A stretch of DNA of 63,895 nucleotides, filler included, from Octopus bimaculoides (Eukaryota): the NCBI RefSeq assembly GCF_001194135.2. It is 9 parts of 8 records of this genome, joined end to end, with 100 filler letters (N's around TTAATTAATTAA, not from the genome) between each part and the next. Parts side by side here need not be neighbours in the genome. Positions count along the whole stretch, not along the records: positions 42,617 to 57,294 come from NC_068982.1; positions 57,395 to 62,275 come from NC_068997.1; 7 more parts are not named here. One strand, written 5' to 3'. Every line of letters starts with the position of its first letter. Within the stretch, counting starts at the first letter, position 1. Under the pieces are notes generated by a model. That model searched no databases. It saw only the letters and a program-made list of their open reading frames with translations, and was not told the DNA's origin. This document shows, piece by piece, positions 49,582 to 62,239 of the stretch. The translations under genes were made by a program, and so were the position numbers.

Positions 49582-51693
49582 ATGGATTTATCTCCAAAGA
49601 TTGAATATACTATTATAGAAGACGATTCTTTCCAAAATTTGGAAGTTGATTATGAAATTGACTCCAGACTTTGGCAAAAACGTTACGAATGTGAACTGTG
49701 CAATAAAGATTTCTCATTATATCGGTCTTTGAGACGTCATATGAAAACACATACAAGAGAGAAAGTATTCCAATGTGAAATATGTGATAAAGAATTTTCT
49801 TTGAACTATTATTTGAAATGTCACATGAGAACCCATACTGGGGAGAAACCATTCCAATGTGAAATATGTGACAAAGCATTTTCTTTGAATAGTTGTTTAA
49901 AAAGACATTTAAGAACACACACTGGGGAGAAACCATTTCGCTGTGAAATATGCGATCGAGAATTTTCTCAGAACTGCCACTTGCGCCGTCATATGGAAAT
50001 ACATACAGTTGACAAGCCATTTCGCTGTGAACTGTGTGGGAAGAACTTTTCTAAAGGGTCTCTGTTGATTAGTCATATGAAATCTCACTCCGATTTGAAC
50101 CCTTTCTATTGTAAGATTTGTGGGAAAGATTTTCTTAATAATTCTCAGCTTATTGGTCATTTAAGGACGCACACAGGGGAAAAACCTTTTACCTGTGAAA
50201 TTTGTGGCAAAGATTTCTCTCAAAACAGTAATTTGAAACGTCATGTGAAAATTCACTTTGGAGAAAAAACGTTTAAATGTGAAATATGTAGTAAAGAATT
50301 TTTGGGTGACAAATGTTTAGAACGTCATGTCCGAACACATACTGGAGAAAAACCATTCTCTTGTTCATTATGTGGTAAAACATTTTCTCGAAATTGTCAT
50401 TTAACACGACATATGAGGATACATACTGGAGAAAAGCCATTCATTTGTGAAATATGTGGGAAGGATTTTTCCAGAAATAGTAACCTAAGGGATCATATGA
50501 GAACTCATACTGGAGAGAAACCTTACTGTTGTGACATCTGTGGTAAAGATTTTACCAGAAGCAGTTCTTTAGAGAGACACACCCAAATACACAGTGGAGA
50601 AAGTTGTTATCCTTGTGAAATATGTGGAAAGGAATTCTCTTTGAATGAAAGTTTAAGACATCACATGAAAATACATACGGAAGAAAAATCATTTTGTTGT
50701 GATTATTGTGGCAAAAGTTTTACTTTGAAAAAGTCTTTAAAAAGACACCTGAAAATCCATATTGAAGAGAAAACAGTTTCTTGTGAGATCTGTGACAAAG
50801 AATTCCTCCAGAGTTCACTGAAATCTCACATGAAAATGCATCTTGGAGAGAAGTGTTATATTTGTAAAATCTGTGGGAAAGAGTTGGTGACTAATTTTAA
50901 CTTGACCCTCCATATGAGAACACACACTGGCGAGAAGCCGTTTTCTTGTGAGATATGCGGAAAGGAATTTTCTCAGAGCTCCACTCTCAAATACCATAAG
51001 GAAATTCACAACATTGAGAAAACTTACGTCTGTGAAATATGTGATAAGAAGTTTTCTGGGAACAGGGGTTTAAAACGCCACATCAAAACACATAGTGGAG
51101 AGAAGCCATATTGTTGTAAGTTATGTGGGAAAAGATTTTCCTTGAATTTCAACTTGAAACGGCACATACGGACACACACAGGGGAAAAACCTTTCCATTG
51201 TGAAATATGTGGTAAAGATTTTTCTCAAAATTATACTCTACAGTGCCACATGAAAACACATCTAAGTGATAAACCTTTACCATGTAAAATATGTGGAGAA
51301 GAATTCTTAAATAATGATAGCTTACGATTCCATGTAAAATCTCATGAAGAAGATAAATGCTTTACATGTGATGTTTGTGGCAAAGAATTCACCAAGAATT
51401 CCTCATTGGTGCGACATGTGAAAAGACATACAGGTGAAAAACCATTCAATTGTTCAATCTGTGGTAAAGGTTTCTTTCAAAATGAATGTTTAGAAAGACA
51501 TATGAGGACTCATACTGGAGAGAAACCATTTTGTTGTGACATTTGTGGTAAAGATTTCTCCCAGAAAGCTTCGTTACTCCGTCATGTTAGAACACATACT
51601 GGAGAGAAACCATTCCCTTGTGAGATTTGTGGCAAAAAATTCTCTCAGAATTCCACTTTGATGAATCACCTAAAACGACATCTTGAAGAGTGA
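49582..51693 (+). CDS. C2H2 zinc-finger protein, 24 tandem fingers
   Basis: 703-aa ATG-started ORF: a 34-aa acidic N-terminus, then 24 C2H2 units (finger 14 has an x11 spacer), many with TGEKP linkers. A likely acceptor ..TTTTAAATTCCAG ends at 49447. Confidence 0.96.
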   Translation: MDLSPKIEYTIIEDDSFQNLEVDYEIDSRLWQKRYECELCNKDFSLYRSLRRHMKTHTREKVFQCEICDKEFSLNYYLKCHMRTHTGEKPFQCEICDKAFSLNSCLKRHLRTHTGEKPFRCEICDREFSQNCHLRRHMEIHTVDKPFRCELCGKNFSKGSLLISHMKSHSDLNPFYCKICGKDFLNNSQLIGHLRTHTGEKPFTCEICGKDFSQNSNLKRHVKIHFGEKTFKCEICSKEFLGDKCLERHVRTHTGEKPFSCSLCGKTFSRNCHLTRHMRIHTGEKPFICEICGKDFSRNSNLRDHMRTHTGEKPYCCDICGKDFTRSSSLERHTQIHSGESCYPCEICGKEFSLNESLRHHMKIHTEEKSFCCDYCGKSFTLKKSLKRHLKIHIEEKTVSCEICDKEFLQSSLKSHMKMHLGEKCYICKICGKELVTNFNLTLHMRTHTGEKPFSCEICGKEFSQSSTLKYHKEIHNIEKTYVCEICDKKFSGNRGLKRHIKTHSGEKPYCCKLCGKRFSLNFNLKRHIRTHTGEKPFHCEICGKDFSQNYTLQCHMKTHLSDKPLPCKICGEEFLNNDSLRFHVKSHEEDKCFTCDVCGKEFTKNSSLVRHVKRHTGEKPFNCSICGKGFFQNECLERHMRTHTGEKPFCCDICGKDFSQKASLLRHVRTHTGEKPFPCEICGKKFSQNSTLMNHLKRHLEE

Positions 51694-54212
51694 AAAGAAG
51701 TTTGAGAGAGAAGAAAGCTTTAAATTCTAAATTTTATTGATGAGAAATATTTATCATTTGATAATATTAACAAATAATTAGGATTTGTTATTCCTAAAAA
51801 AAAAGAAAAAGAAGCATTTTACCATGATATCATTTTTGGAGAAATATTTTCATTTAATGTCACTTCTGATGATATTCCTTACATCTTTTGTATAAGGCTG
51901 TTTCATTAAGAACCTATGAGAATGACATGAACATCACACAATCTCATTTCATTTTCTTCTAAATGGCAGAAGAAGCAATATTTTAATGATACATAATTTC
52001 TGGACACATACATTTATCCAATCACATCACTTCTGGATTTATATTTGTCCCATCATACCATTTAGTGCAATTCCATTAAAAAAAATATACAGCCTCACTC
52101 TACTGAACATTTTACATTTTAATTAACTATTTACAAAGAAATCTTCATTTTTAATTCTATTCTGCATAGCTTTAAATTAGATTAATTAGTCCAGCTTGCT
52201 TTAAAATAGATTGGTTTGTGCCAGGATTTAAAAAAACAAAAAAACAAAAAATAACAAAACATTGTCCTGTTCCTTTTAGACTGTCCCTTTGTCTTATAAT
52301 TTGGATGGCAAGGGGGTAGTAGGTCACATTAATTTGAACTAGTCCACAATCATATTACATCATACATTATGTAGCGGACATCAACATGTGACATATTTCA
52401 TGACTTCTGTCTGGATCAACCTTTCTCAGCTGAATGGATTTTGGATTTATCACTGTACAAGAACAAAGGAAATAAATTGCAGCCAAAAATATGGAAGGAC
52501 AATAAACAAATACCATTACATTTTAATAAATACCTCACCCCCCAGCCCCCACCTTTACAAGAACGTTTAATGGTAAAAGACAATGTTCAACAATTCAATA
52601 TTACAGAGATAGGGTAAGAGTATACTTGGTATGGCAGTGCAGTTTTCAGTGCATGTGTAGAAAGGTAAATAGATTGTAGCTGTCTCTGGTGAACATCAGT
52701 GCCGTCCATATATATGTGTGTTTACATATATGCACATTTTGATATAAATATATGTATATACACATATAGCTATATGTATATATATATCTATGTATATATG
52801 TATGTATGTATATATATNNNNNNNNNNNNNNNNNNNNNNNNNNNNNNNNNNNNNNNNNNNNNNNNNNNNNNNNNNNNNNNNNNNNNNNNNNNNNNNNNNN
52901 NNNNNNNNNNNNNNNNNNNNNNNNNNNNNNNNNNNNNNNNNNNNNNNNNNNNNNNNNNNNNNNNNNNNNNNNNNNNNNNNNNNNNNNNNNNNNNNNNNNN
53001 NNNNNNNNNNNNNNNNNNNNNNNNNNNNNNNNNNNNNNNNNNNNNNNNNNNNNNNNNNNNNNNNNNNNNNNNNNNNNNNNNNNNNNNNNNNNNNNNNNNN
53101 NNNNNNNNNNNNNNNNNNNNNNNNNNNNNNNNNNNNNNNNNNNNNNNNNNNNNNNNNNNNNNNNNNNNNNNNNNNNNNNNNNNNNNNNNNNNNNNNNNNN
53201 NNNNNNNNNNNNNNNNNNNNNNNNNNNNNNNNNNNNNNNNNNNNNNNNNNNNNNNNNNNNNNNNNNNNNNNNNNNNNNNNNNNNNNNNNNNNNNNNNNNN
53301 NNNNNNNNNNNNNNNNNNNNNNNNNNNNNNNNNNNNNNNNNNNNNNNNNNNNNNNNNNNNNNNNNNNNNNNNNNNNNNNNNNNNNNNNNNNNNNNNNNNN
53401 NNNNNNNNNNNNNNNNNNNNNNNNNNNNNNNNNNNNNNNNNNNNNNNNNNNNNNNNNNNNNNNNNNNNNNNNNNNNNNNNNNNNNNNNNNNNNNNNNNNN
53501 NNNNNNNNNNNNNNNNNNNNNNNNNNNNNNNNNNNNNNNNNNNNNNNNNNNNNNNNNNNNNNNNNNNNNNNNNNNNNNNNNNNNNNNNNNNNNNNNNNNN
53601 NNNNNNNNNNNNNNNNNNNNNNNNNNNNNNNNNNNNNNNNNNNNNNNNNNNNNNNNNNNNNNNNNNNNNNNNNNNNNNNNNNNNNNNNNNNNNNNNNNNN
53701 NNNNNNNNNNNNNNNNNNNNNNNNNNTATATATGTATACATATATATGTATACACGGATATATATGTACGTATATATATGTGTGTATATATGTATGTGTG
53801 TGTGTGTAAACATATGTACACACACATGTATATATATATATTCACATATATATGTATATATATATATGTATATATATATATTCACATTTATGTGTGTATA
53901 TATATGTGTTTATACATATGTATATATATATGTATATATGTGTATACATATGTATATATATATATGTGTATACATATGTATATATATATGTATACATATG
54001 TATATATATGTATACATATGTGTATACATATGTATATATATATAGTTCAAACAAAAAAAAAATCAATAACAAAAAAACAACAAAGTGAGGACGTGATACG
54101 GATAGTGTTATTGGACGCTCGGGAAAGGAAAGAGACGTGTATACATATGTATATATATATGTATACATATGTGTATACATATGTATATATATATGCATAC
54201 ATATGTGTATAC

Positions 54213-54272
<60 letters not shown>

Positions 54273-54342
54273 CAATTAGTGGGTTGTCATAAAATTCAGA
54301 GTTTGGGATGCCGGGGCTGAAGTCAGCTCCGGCATCTCACCA

Positions 54343-54667
54343 GTTATTAAGACAAACGCTATGAAAAAAAAAAAAAACGTTGAAGAAAGGGAAATTACTC
54401 CAATAGGCATGAGGAAAGTAATATTTGGTTCATAGAATCTGCATATAGACAACTACACATATGCACACACACACGCACACATGTATGTATATATATATCT
54501 ATATACATATTTACACATGCGTGTACATATACAAACACACATAAATACATATATGTCTACGCATATATACCCATGCACACATCACTACGGTCATATACAC
54601 ATTTCTACATGCACATACACATATGTGGATATACAAAACATCTATACGCACATGCGTATATATATAC

Positions 54668-54716
<49 letters not shown>

Positions 54717-54782
54717 TATATATATATACATATATGCAGATAGACATATATACAATTAAAAACACATACGCAAAAAACAAAC
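54343..54782 (-). repeat. Inverted copy of the PLE 3' region (pseudo-LTR-like arm)
   Basis: GTTATTAAG..CGCTATGAAAA..ACTCCAATAGGCATG..GTTCATAGAATC..AAAAACACATACGCAAAAAACAAA is a diverged reverse complement of 56651-57082. Confidence 0.85.
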
Positions 54783-54789
54783 TGTAAAA

Positions 54790-56363
54790 CATTCACATCA
54801 CCGTTAGGCTTAAATTAGATAAAAAAAAATAGAGGTCCTCCCAAAAAAAGAGGCCTTTATAACTATTAACGACCATAGAAAGAACTTCCTATCTAGACTT
54901 ATTAACCCTGCAAAATCAGAAATTGGTATTATTAGTAAAGAAATTTTAAGAAAAATCAATGCTAAAGTCAGAAATGCTACTAGGTTAGTACAATGGTCTA
55001 ATAGTATAGAAGTCGTTGACAAATTAAAACCATTAGGAATAAAATATAGTGATATTTACACAATTTGATATTGTAGATTTCTATGCTTCTATCTCTAAGG
55101 AACCACTCGATAAAGCCCTCACCTTCGTAAGTGAATTTATAGAAATTAGTACACAAGATAAGGACATAATCTTCCATGCTAGAAAGACTTTACTCTTCGG
55201 TGAGAATGCAGAGTGGGTTAAGACAACCAATACAGAGGGTACCTTCGATGTGAGTATGGGATCATATCATGGAGCAGGCATATGCGATCTCATTGGACAA
55301 TTCCTACTCGATACGTTGGGTAAAACTTTTCCTGGTATATATTTCGCCATTTACAAAGATGATGCTCTAGCTTTAACCACAAACACCAATGGACCAGTGC
55401 AAGATCGGTTTAGGAAGGACATTATCCAAATGATGAAAACATTTGATCTTAGCATAACAATAGATACCAAACTTACGGTTGTCAATTTCCTAGATGTATT
55501 TTTAGATTTAAATAAGAATATTTACAAACCCTATAGAAAGCCCAATGATAAACTTAGCTATATTAATGTAGGTTCCTGCCATCCCCCCATAGTATTTAAA
55601 AATTTAGTTAAAAACATTAGCAAGAGAATTTCTAGCCTCTCCTCCAATATAAACGTTTTTAATAGTGTTGCCTCAATATATAATAAAACTCTAAAAGACA
55701 GTGGTTTTAGCGAGGAAATAACCTATACACCAGTAACAAAAGGAAAAATAGGAATAGGAAAATTATCTGGTTCATATCACCTTACCCCCTTGAAGTGACC
55801 TTTAATATAAGTAGATATTTCTTATCACTTATAGATAAGGCATTTTCCAATCAATCATAATTATAGTTAAAAATTTGTGCCTGCTAAAGGGAGCTTATAT
55901 GACCGAGGTCATCATTTATGAAGCCACAGTAGACTCAACAACCACTAAGGACATAATTTTGTCAAAGAAATATGTGGGTCTCAGAGGGAAATTTTAAAGC
56001 CAGGTTCAACAATCACATCTTAAGCTTCAGACACTGGGATAAAAGAAAAACAACTAAATTATCCAGTTATATATGGTCCTTAAAAGAAAAGGTGTCAGCT
56101 ATAAGGTTCACTGGATGATCTTGGCCAAGTGTAAGCCTTACACCAATGGCAGTGGAAAGTGCGGTATTTGCAATATGGAAAGATGGCTCATCTGGAAAAG
56201 TTCTTTAGACCCCGCTACATGTCTAAATTCAAGAACTGAACTTTTTGGGTCATGTCCACATATGCCAAAACATTTGCTACGTTTTTGGACCCCCCCCCGC
56301 CAGATCAGAGATAGAACCTGCTCTTTATATTATGTCCACGTACAAACCTTTCATATGTCTTAA
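54790..56363 (+). mobile_element. Penelope-like retroelement (RT plus C-terminal GIY-YIG), 5'-truncated and degraded
   Basis: RLINPAKSEIGIISK, FTQFDIVDFYASI, FDVSMGSYHGAGICDLIG, IYKDDAL, VNFLDV, PYRKPN..SCHPP, then IIYEATV..YVG..FKARFNNH and CxxC..LNSRTEL..CPH. Several frameshifts. Confidence 0.93.
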
Positions 56364-56650
56364 CATCCCTTATATATTTCTAATATTTTTTCTGTATATT
56401 ATTTTTCACCCTTTATGATTGTGTAACTTATACGCATGTAGTATATACCTAATGTGTATGTGCGTGCATATATACATGTGTATGCATGATTGTATAGATA
56501 CGCGTGCAAGACTCTACCTGTTGTACTTGTCTCCTTCCTTCATACATATATGTATGTATATACGTTTATATATCTGCAGGTGTAGATGTGTTTGAGAGAC
56601 AGGAAGGGTGTATTTGTGTATATACATATATAACTCATTTGTATATTCAA

Positions 56651-57294
56651 GTTTTGTTTTTTGCGTATGTGTTTTTATTTGTATATACGTCTACAGACGC
56701 GGGTCTGTATGTGCATGTTCATATAGACTACGTATGTATGTGTATGCGCGTATGTATGTGTATCCGCGTATAGAGATGTGTATATGAACATAATGATGCG
56801 TGCGTTTTTGCGTATGTATATACATGTGCGTATAAACTACATTTTGTATAACCGCGTGTGTATGTGTGTGTATGTAGATGTGTATATGAGTGTAGTGATG
56901 CTCGCATGGGTATATATGCGTGTGTATGCGTAGACATATATGTATTTATGTGTGTGAGTGTGCATACGTGTATGTGTGTGTGCATGTGCGGATTCTATGA
57001 ACAAAGTATTACTTTCCGCCATGCCTATTGGAGTAGTTTCCCTTTATTCAACGTTTTTTTTCATAGCGTGTATCTTAATAACGTGTGTGTGTGTGTGCCG
57101 GTGTTAAAACGGGGGTAGCTGATGAAGGAAAATGTTCTCTATGTGGCTTGTGTGTTTTCTGTACTCTGGTTATTATTATTTTCTTGTCTACGTTTTGTTT
57201 GCAATGTCCTGTACCCAGATATGCACTTATATATACAGGTAGACGTAGGTATGCACATACCTGTACGTATATATGCATATACTCATTTACTATT
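56651..57294 (+). repeat. PLE 3' terminal (pseudo-LTR-like) region
   Basis: 56651-57082 is mirrored upstream of the RT, and 57097-57294 recurs at 27914-28084 and about 6455-6650. Confidence 0.75.
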
Positions 57295-57411
57295 NNNNNN
57301 NNNNNNNNNNNNNNNNNNNNNNNNNNNNNNNNNNNNNNTTAATTAATTAANNNNNNNNNNNNNNNNNNNNNNNNNNNNNNNNNNNNNNNNNNNNATATAT
57401 ACATACATATA

Positions 57412-57575
57412 GGAGTGGTTGTGTGGTAAGAAGCTTGCTTCCCAACTACATGGTTCCAGGTTCAGTCCCACTGCATGGCACCTTGGGCAAGTGTCTTCTA
57501 CTACAGCCTCGGGCCGACCAAAGCCTTGTGAACGTATTTGGTAGACAGAAACTGAAAGAAGCTCATCGTGTGTGT
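57412..57575 (+). mobile_element. tRNA-headed SINE head
   Basis: GGAGTGGTTGTGTGGTAAGAAGCTTGC..GGTTCAGTCCCACTGC..CCTTGGGCAAGTGTCTTCTAC..GAAACTGAAAGAAGC. Confidence 0.9.
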
Positions 57576-58015
57576 TTGTCCCCCTACCCCACCGTCACTG
57601 GTGATGTAATGGGTAGAGATGACAACAATAGGACTTTCACTTTGTATGAAGGATAGTCCATAATGGACCTGATATAGTTCAAGAGCAGTTTAATGTTTTG
57701 TTTTTTATTTCACTGTCGTTGTTTCTTACGTCTGGGCAAATATGGTAGTTGTGATGTCTCTTAGTATGTTTGTGCATTGTCTTTGCTGTTTTCATTAACT
57801 CTTCAATATGCTGTGGCTGTTTGCAGAGGAGCTGTATATTATTCCTAGAATATTTTTGTCTTCCCTGTGTGCAGGGCCAGATTAAGGCCCATAGAGACCC
57901 TAAGCACTTAAAAGATTTTGGTACCCTAATATTTATGTAATTCAAAATATAAACAGTAATAAACCATAAAATAAATTTTTAGTCTTCAAGCGGAAAATAA
58001 TACTCTTTTACTCTT

Positions 58016-58705
58016 TTACTTGTTTCAGTCATTTGACTGTGGCCATGCTGGAGTACCACCTTTAGTCGAGCAAATCGACCCCAGGACTTATTCTTTGTAA
58101 GCCTAGTACTTATTCTATCGGTCTCCTTTGCCGAACCGCTAAGTTACGGGCACGTAAACATACCAGCATCGGTTGTCAAGCGATGTTGGGGGGGGGGGAC
58201 AAAAACAGACACACAAACACACACATATATATACATATACATATATACGACGGGCTTCTTTCAGTCAGTTTCCGTCTACCAAATCCACTCACAAGGCTTT
58301 GGTCGGCCCGANNNNNNNNNNTTACTTGTTTCAGTCATTTGACTGTGGCCATGCTGGAGTACCACCTTTAGTCGAGCAAATCGACCCCAGGACTTATTCT
58401 TTGTAAGCCTAGTACTTATTCTATCGGTCTCCTTTGCCGAACCGCTAAGTTACGGGCACGTAAACATACCAGCATCGGTTGTCAAGCGATGTTGGGGGGG
58501 GGGGACAAAAACAGACACACAAACACACACATATATATACATATACATATATACGACGGGCTTCTTTCAGTCAGTTTCCGTCTACCAAATCCACTCACAA
58601 GGCTTTGGTCGGCCCGAGGCTATAGTAGAAGAGACACTTGCCCAAGGTGCCATGCAGTGGGATGAACCCGGAACCATGTAGTTGGTAAGTAAGCTACTTA
58701 CCACT
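58016..58705 (-). mobile_element. Full-length SINE with an artefactual 296-bp duplication across a 10-N gap
   Basis: 58016-58311 appears identical to 58322-58617, including the 11-G run. The head continues to about 58705. Confidence 0.9.
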
Positions 58706-58959
58706 TATTTTTGTATACTTTCACTTTATTTATATTAGAAAAGTTTCCTCCTACTATTTTAATTACAAAGTCTTTGATCAGATCCTCCCTATGATACCAT
58801 GAACACTTTGAAATTATATTTCCAATCATATAAACCACTTTGAATATTATTTTAGTAAGTTTAAAGTGATTTCTTTTGTGCTGTAAACTATTTACCATTT
58901 TTGTCATACTCCCATCCTTTCTCTTAATACTCTGTAAAGAGTAAAGACCTCCTTCGGTC

Positions 58960-59270
58960 ATGAATGACCATGGGATTGCACCCAGAAAGTTACCCTCCGA
59001 ATCACAAGTCCAGGCATGGTTGTTTATGGAAGACCAGCAGTCACTCATGCATACCAGTCTTCCCTTTCCATGCCATTGATGTTATCCAAGGGAAAGTCAA
59101 AGACCTATACAGCTTGGCACCAGTGATGTCACAACTCATTTCTTCAGATGAGTGAACTGGAGCAACATGAAATAAAGAGTCTTGCTCAAGAACACAACGC
59201 ATAGCCCAATCCAGGAATTGAACTCACTACTTCATGGCTGTGAGCCTGACACTCTAACCACTGAGCCCTA
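58960..59270 (-). mobile_element. tRNA-derived SINE (second family)
   Basis: Homologous to 26515-26840. Confidence 0.8.
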
Positions 59271-59344
59271 AGTACACATTTATTTTATTTAACAGTTAAT
59301 CCAGCATTGTGTGTGTGTGTGTGTGTATTTATTATATTAGTTAT

Positions 59345-59665
59345 GTTCGTTGTAGAGTGTGATGGTTGTCTGTATTTGATGCTCTCTAATATAGCTGGGT
59401 AAGAAGGGATAGAGTAGATTTGGTAGGGGATATTTGAAGCTTGTTGTTATGGAGCCAAGATTCTAGGTGACTTAAGTAGGGCTGGAGTGATTGTGCAGCT
59501 GTGCCTGGAGAATGGTGTGAGAGCATGTGAGTTGTGATGTCATCTGTCTATGAGGATGTCTGCATGTTTTATGGAGGTGTGGGAAAATTGTTCTGGGTAT
59601 AGAATGAGAAGAGTGGGTGAGAGAAGGATCTGGCAAAACCTTTACATGGTCGTGGAACCTGCAAG
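59345..59665 (-). pseudogene. Non-LTR retrotransposon RT fragment, degraded
   Basis: The minus strand gives SPTLFSFY-like, (Y)ADDIT-like and LQPYLSHLESWLHNNKLQISPTKST segments across frameshifts. Confidence 0.6.
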
Positions 59666-60629
59666 AAACTACAGTCAAATCTTTCTCAAATACTACCCTG
59701 ATGCCTCAAAAGCAACGGCCCAACAGACAACATTGTCTGTTTATTGTTCGAATATCTTCTCAAACATGCCTTTGTTATTTATTGGTGTCATAGATATTTC
59801 TATGGTTGTTATTGTTGTTACTGTGATATCACCTTCAATTTATTGTTTGTTGTTGTGATATCTTCTCGTGATAATATCATCAACATGTGTTCACTTCAGG
59901 TCAGATATCTCTTTATTATATAAAGAGAGAGAAGGGACAAACCCAAGCCTAAATCTAACAGCAGGCACACACACACGCACACACACACNNNNNNNNNNNN
60001 NNNNNNNNNNNNNNNNNNNNNNNNNNNNNNNNNNNNNNNNNNNNNNNNNNNNNNNNNNNNNNNNNNNNNNNNNNNNNNNNNNNNNNNNNNNNNNNNNNNN
60101 NNNNNNNNNNNNNNNNNNNNNNNNNNNNNNNNNNNNNNNNNNNNNNNNNNNNNNNNNNNNNNNNNNNNNNNNNNNNNNNNNNNNNNNNNNNNNNNNNNNN
60201 NNNNNNNNNNNNNNNNNNNNNNNNNNNNNNNNNNNNNNNNNNNNNNNNNNNNNNNNNNNNNNNNNNNNNNNNNNNNNNNNNNNNNNNNNNNNNNNNNNNN
60301 NNNNNGTGTGTGTGATGTGATTATGGGTAGAGAAATAGAATTTCAGTAAACTAGATTATTTTGCTTACTCTTTTACTTGTTTCAACCATTTTGATTGTGG
60401 CCATGCTGGATCATCACTTTTTAGTCAAAGTAACCGACCCCTGGACTTATTCTTTGGAAGCCTGGTACGTATTCTATCGGGGATTTAAACACACCAACAT
60501 CAGTTGTCAAGCAATGGTGAGAGAACAAACACAGACACAAACACGCAAATATATACAAATATTCGTTCATCAATAAATAATGCGGTTTTTTTATACTTCT
60601 TTTACTTTTCAAAATTAAGATAAAAAAGC

Positions 60630-60810
60630 TTTTTTAATCTCAAATATACTCTCCTTCATTTTCTACAATGCTCTTCCATTTATCTGGTAGACTTGCAAGG
60701 CTCCTCTTCCAAAATTCACTTTTTCATAATGAAAAATACTCCTCCAGGACTGTTCTGACCTTGTCTACAGAATTCATATTTTTTCCATCCAAATGATTTT
60801 GAAGACTGCA
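60630..60810 (-). pseudogene. mariner transposase C-terminal fragment
   Basis: RTVLEEYFS..FWKRSLASLPDKWKSIVENEGEYI. Confidence 0.7.
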
Positions 60811-60834
60811 GAATAAATGATAATCAGACAGGGC

Positions 60835-61245
60835 AATGGAAACTGAAAGAAGCCCATCGTACAAATACATGCATATGTTTGTGTGTCTGAATTTGTCGCC
60901 CCACCATCACTTGACAACTGATGTTGGTGCTTTCATCCCCGTAACTTAGCAGTTCAGCAAAAGGGACTGATAGAATAAATACTAGGCTTACAAAGAATAA
61001 GTCCTGGGATTGATTTGTTCAACTAAAGGTGGTGCTTCAGCATGGCCACAGTCTGAAACAAGTTAAAGAATGAATGAATAAAAGAATATATATATATACA
61101 ACAGACTTCTTTCAGTTTCCGTTCACCAAATCCACTCACAAGCCTGAGACTATAGTAGAAGCCACTTGCCCAAGGTGACATGCAATGTGACTGAACCCAG
61201 AAGCATATGACTGGGAAGCAAGCTTCTTACCACACAGCTACACCT
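60835..61245. mobile_element. Two tail-to-tail SINE remnants (+ at 60835-61075, - at 61105-61245)
   Basis: Head and tail motifs are shared with the 58322 family. Confidence 0.75.
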
Positions 61246-61340
61246 ATAAATACATATATATATATATACACATACACACATATATTATACATACATACTT
61301 ATGTGAATACATATATATATATATATATATATATTACATA

Positions 61341-62239
61341 CAGGGTGGGTGAAAAGTAAGTAGGCATTAAAAATTGGTAATAAAATCTGTATTCCTTTTA
61401 CAAATTTATTGAAACAAATGATACATGTTCTTTATTACATGAAAAAATGAAAGTAAATCTTCATATTTCAGCATAAGCACCAGTGGTATCAATCAGTTTC
61501 CTCAAATGGCCAGGGATGGAATGAACAACTTTCTGAAGGATGTCATCTGGGATATCATTGAGAACCTCCTGAATCCATGTTTCCAAGTCCTCCAGTGTGC
61601 AAGCTTTTGCCTTATACACCTCCTCTTTTGTGTAACCCCACAAGTAAAAATCACATGGAGTGAGATCTGAACTTCTTGGAGCTCTGGACTTCTGCAATCA
61701 CAGTCTTCAGGTTTTAGCTCCTGCATGTAATGGGGTTTCCACGGACAAAAACTCAATTCTTTATACAACACCGTACATATTATGTGTCTTGTTAGTCCAC
61801 TTTCATGAGCTGTTTGACTTGTTGATTTTTATGGGTTGCAATTAAACATGTCTTGTACTGTTGCCATGTTCTCCGTTGACTGGGATGTGATTGGATGGCC
61901 ACTTCTTGCATCGTTCACAGATTCCATGGTCATCAGCTTTGCATGACATCTTATTATTGTCTCCGGATGTAGTGTTGCATGCTTACCTTTCCATGCACGC
62001 CACCATCTCTGAACCAAAACAATGGAATTCCACACTTCATAGTATGCTGCTGTCTTAGCTCGCTCCTGAACAGTCAAACGACTAGCCATCTGAAAAATAA
62101 GAAATAAGAAATAAAACAATAAGAAAATAAGAAATCCCCATTAGTGTTGTCTGTTTAAAAAATGTTTCCGTCATGACTTTAGTGAGACTAGAAATTCTAT
62201 AAGCAATTTCTAATGCCTAGTTACTTTCCACTCACCCTG
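61341..62239 (-). mobile_element. Complete internally deleted Tc1/mariner element (899 bp)
   Basis: 29-bp TIRs with 3 mismatches and TA on both sides. The N-terminal HTH (MASRLTVQERAK..RSGHP) and C-terminal PRSSDLTPCDFYLWG..GAYAEI* are kept; the catalytic middle is missing. Confidence 0.92.

Noticed and set aside
25126-51693. Two ZNF genes as a physical cluster
   Set aside because: They are separated by three artificial spacers and have different finger styles.
764-54272. Long ORF-track entries made of X runs and YI/HT/CV/poly-N/poly-I dipeptides
   Set aside because: They are translations of N gaps and (TA)n, (CA)n and (AAT)n microsatellites, not proteins.
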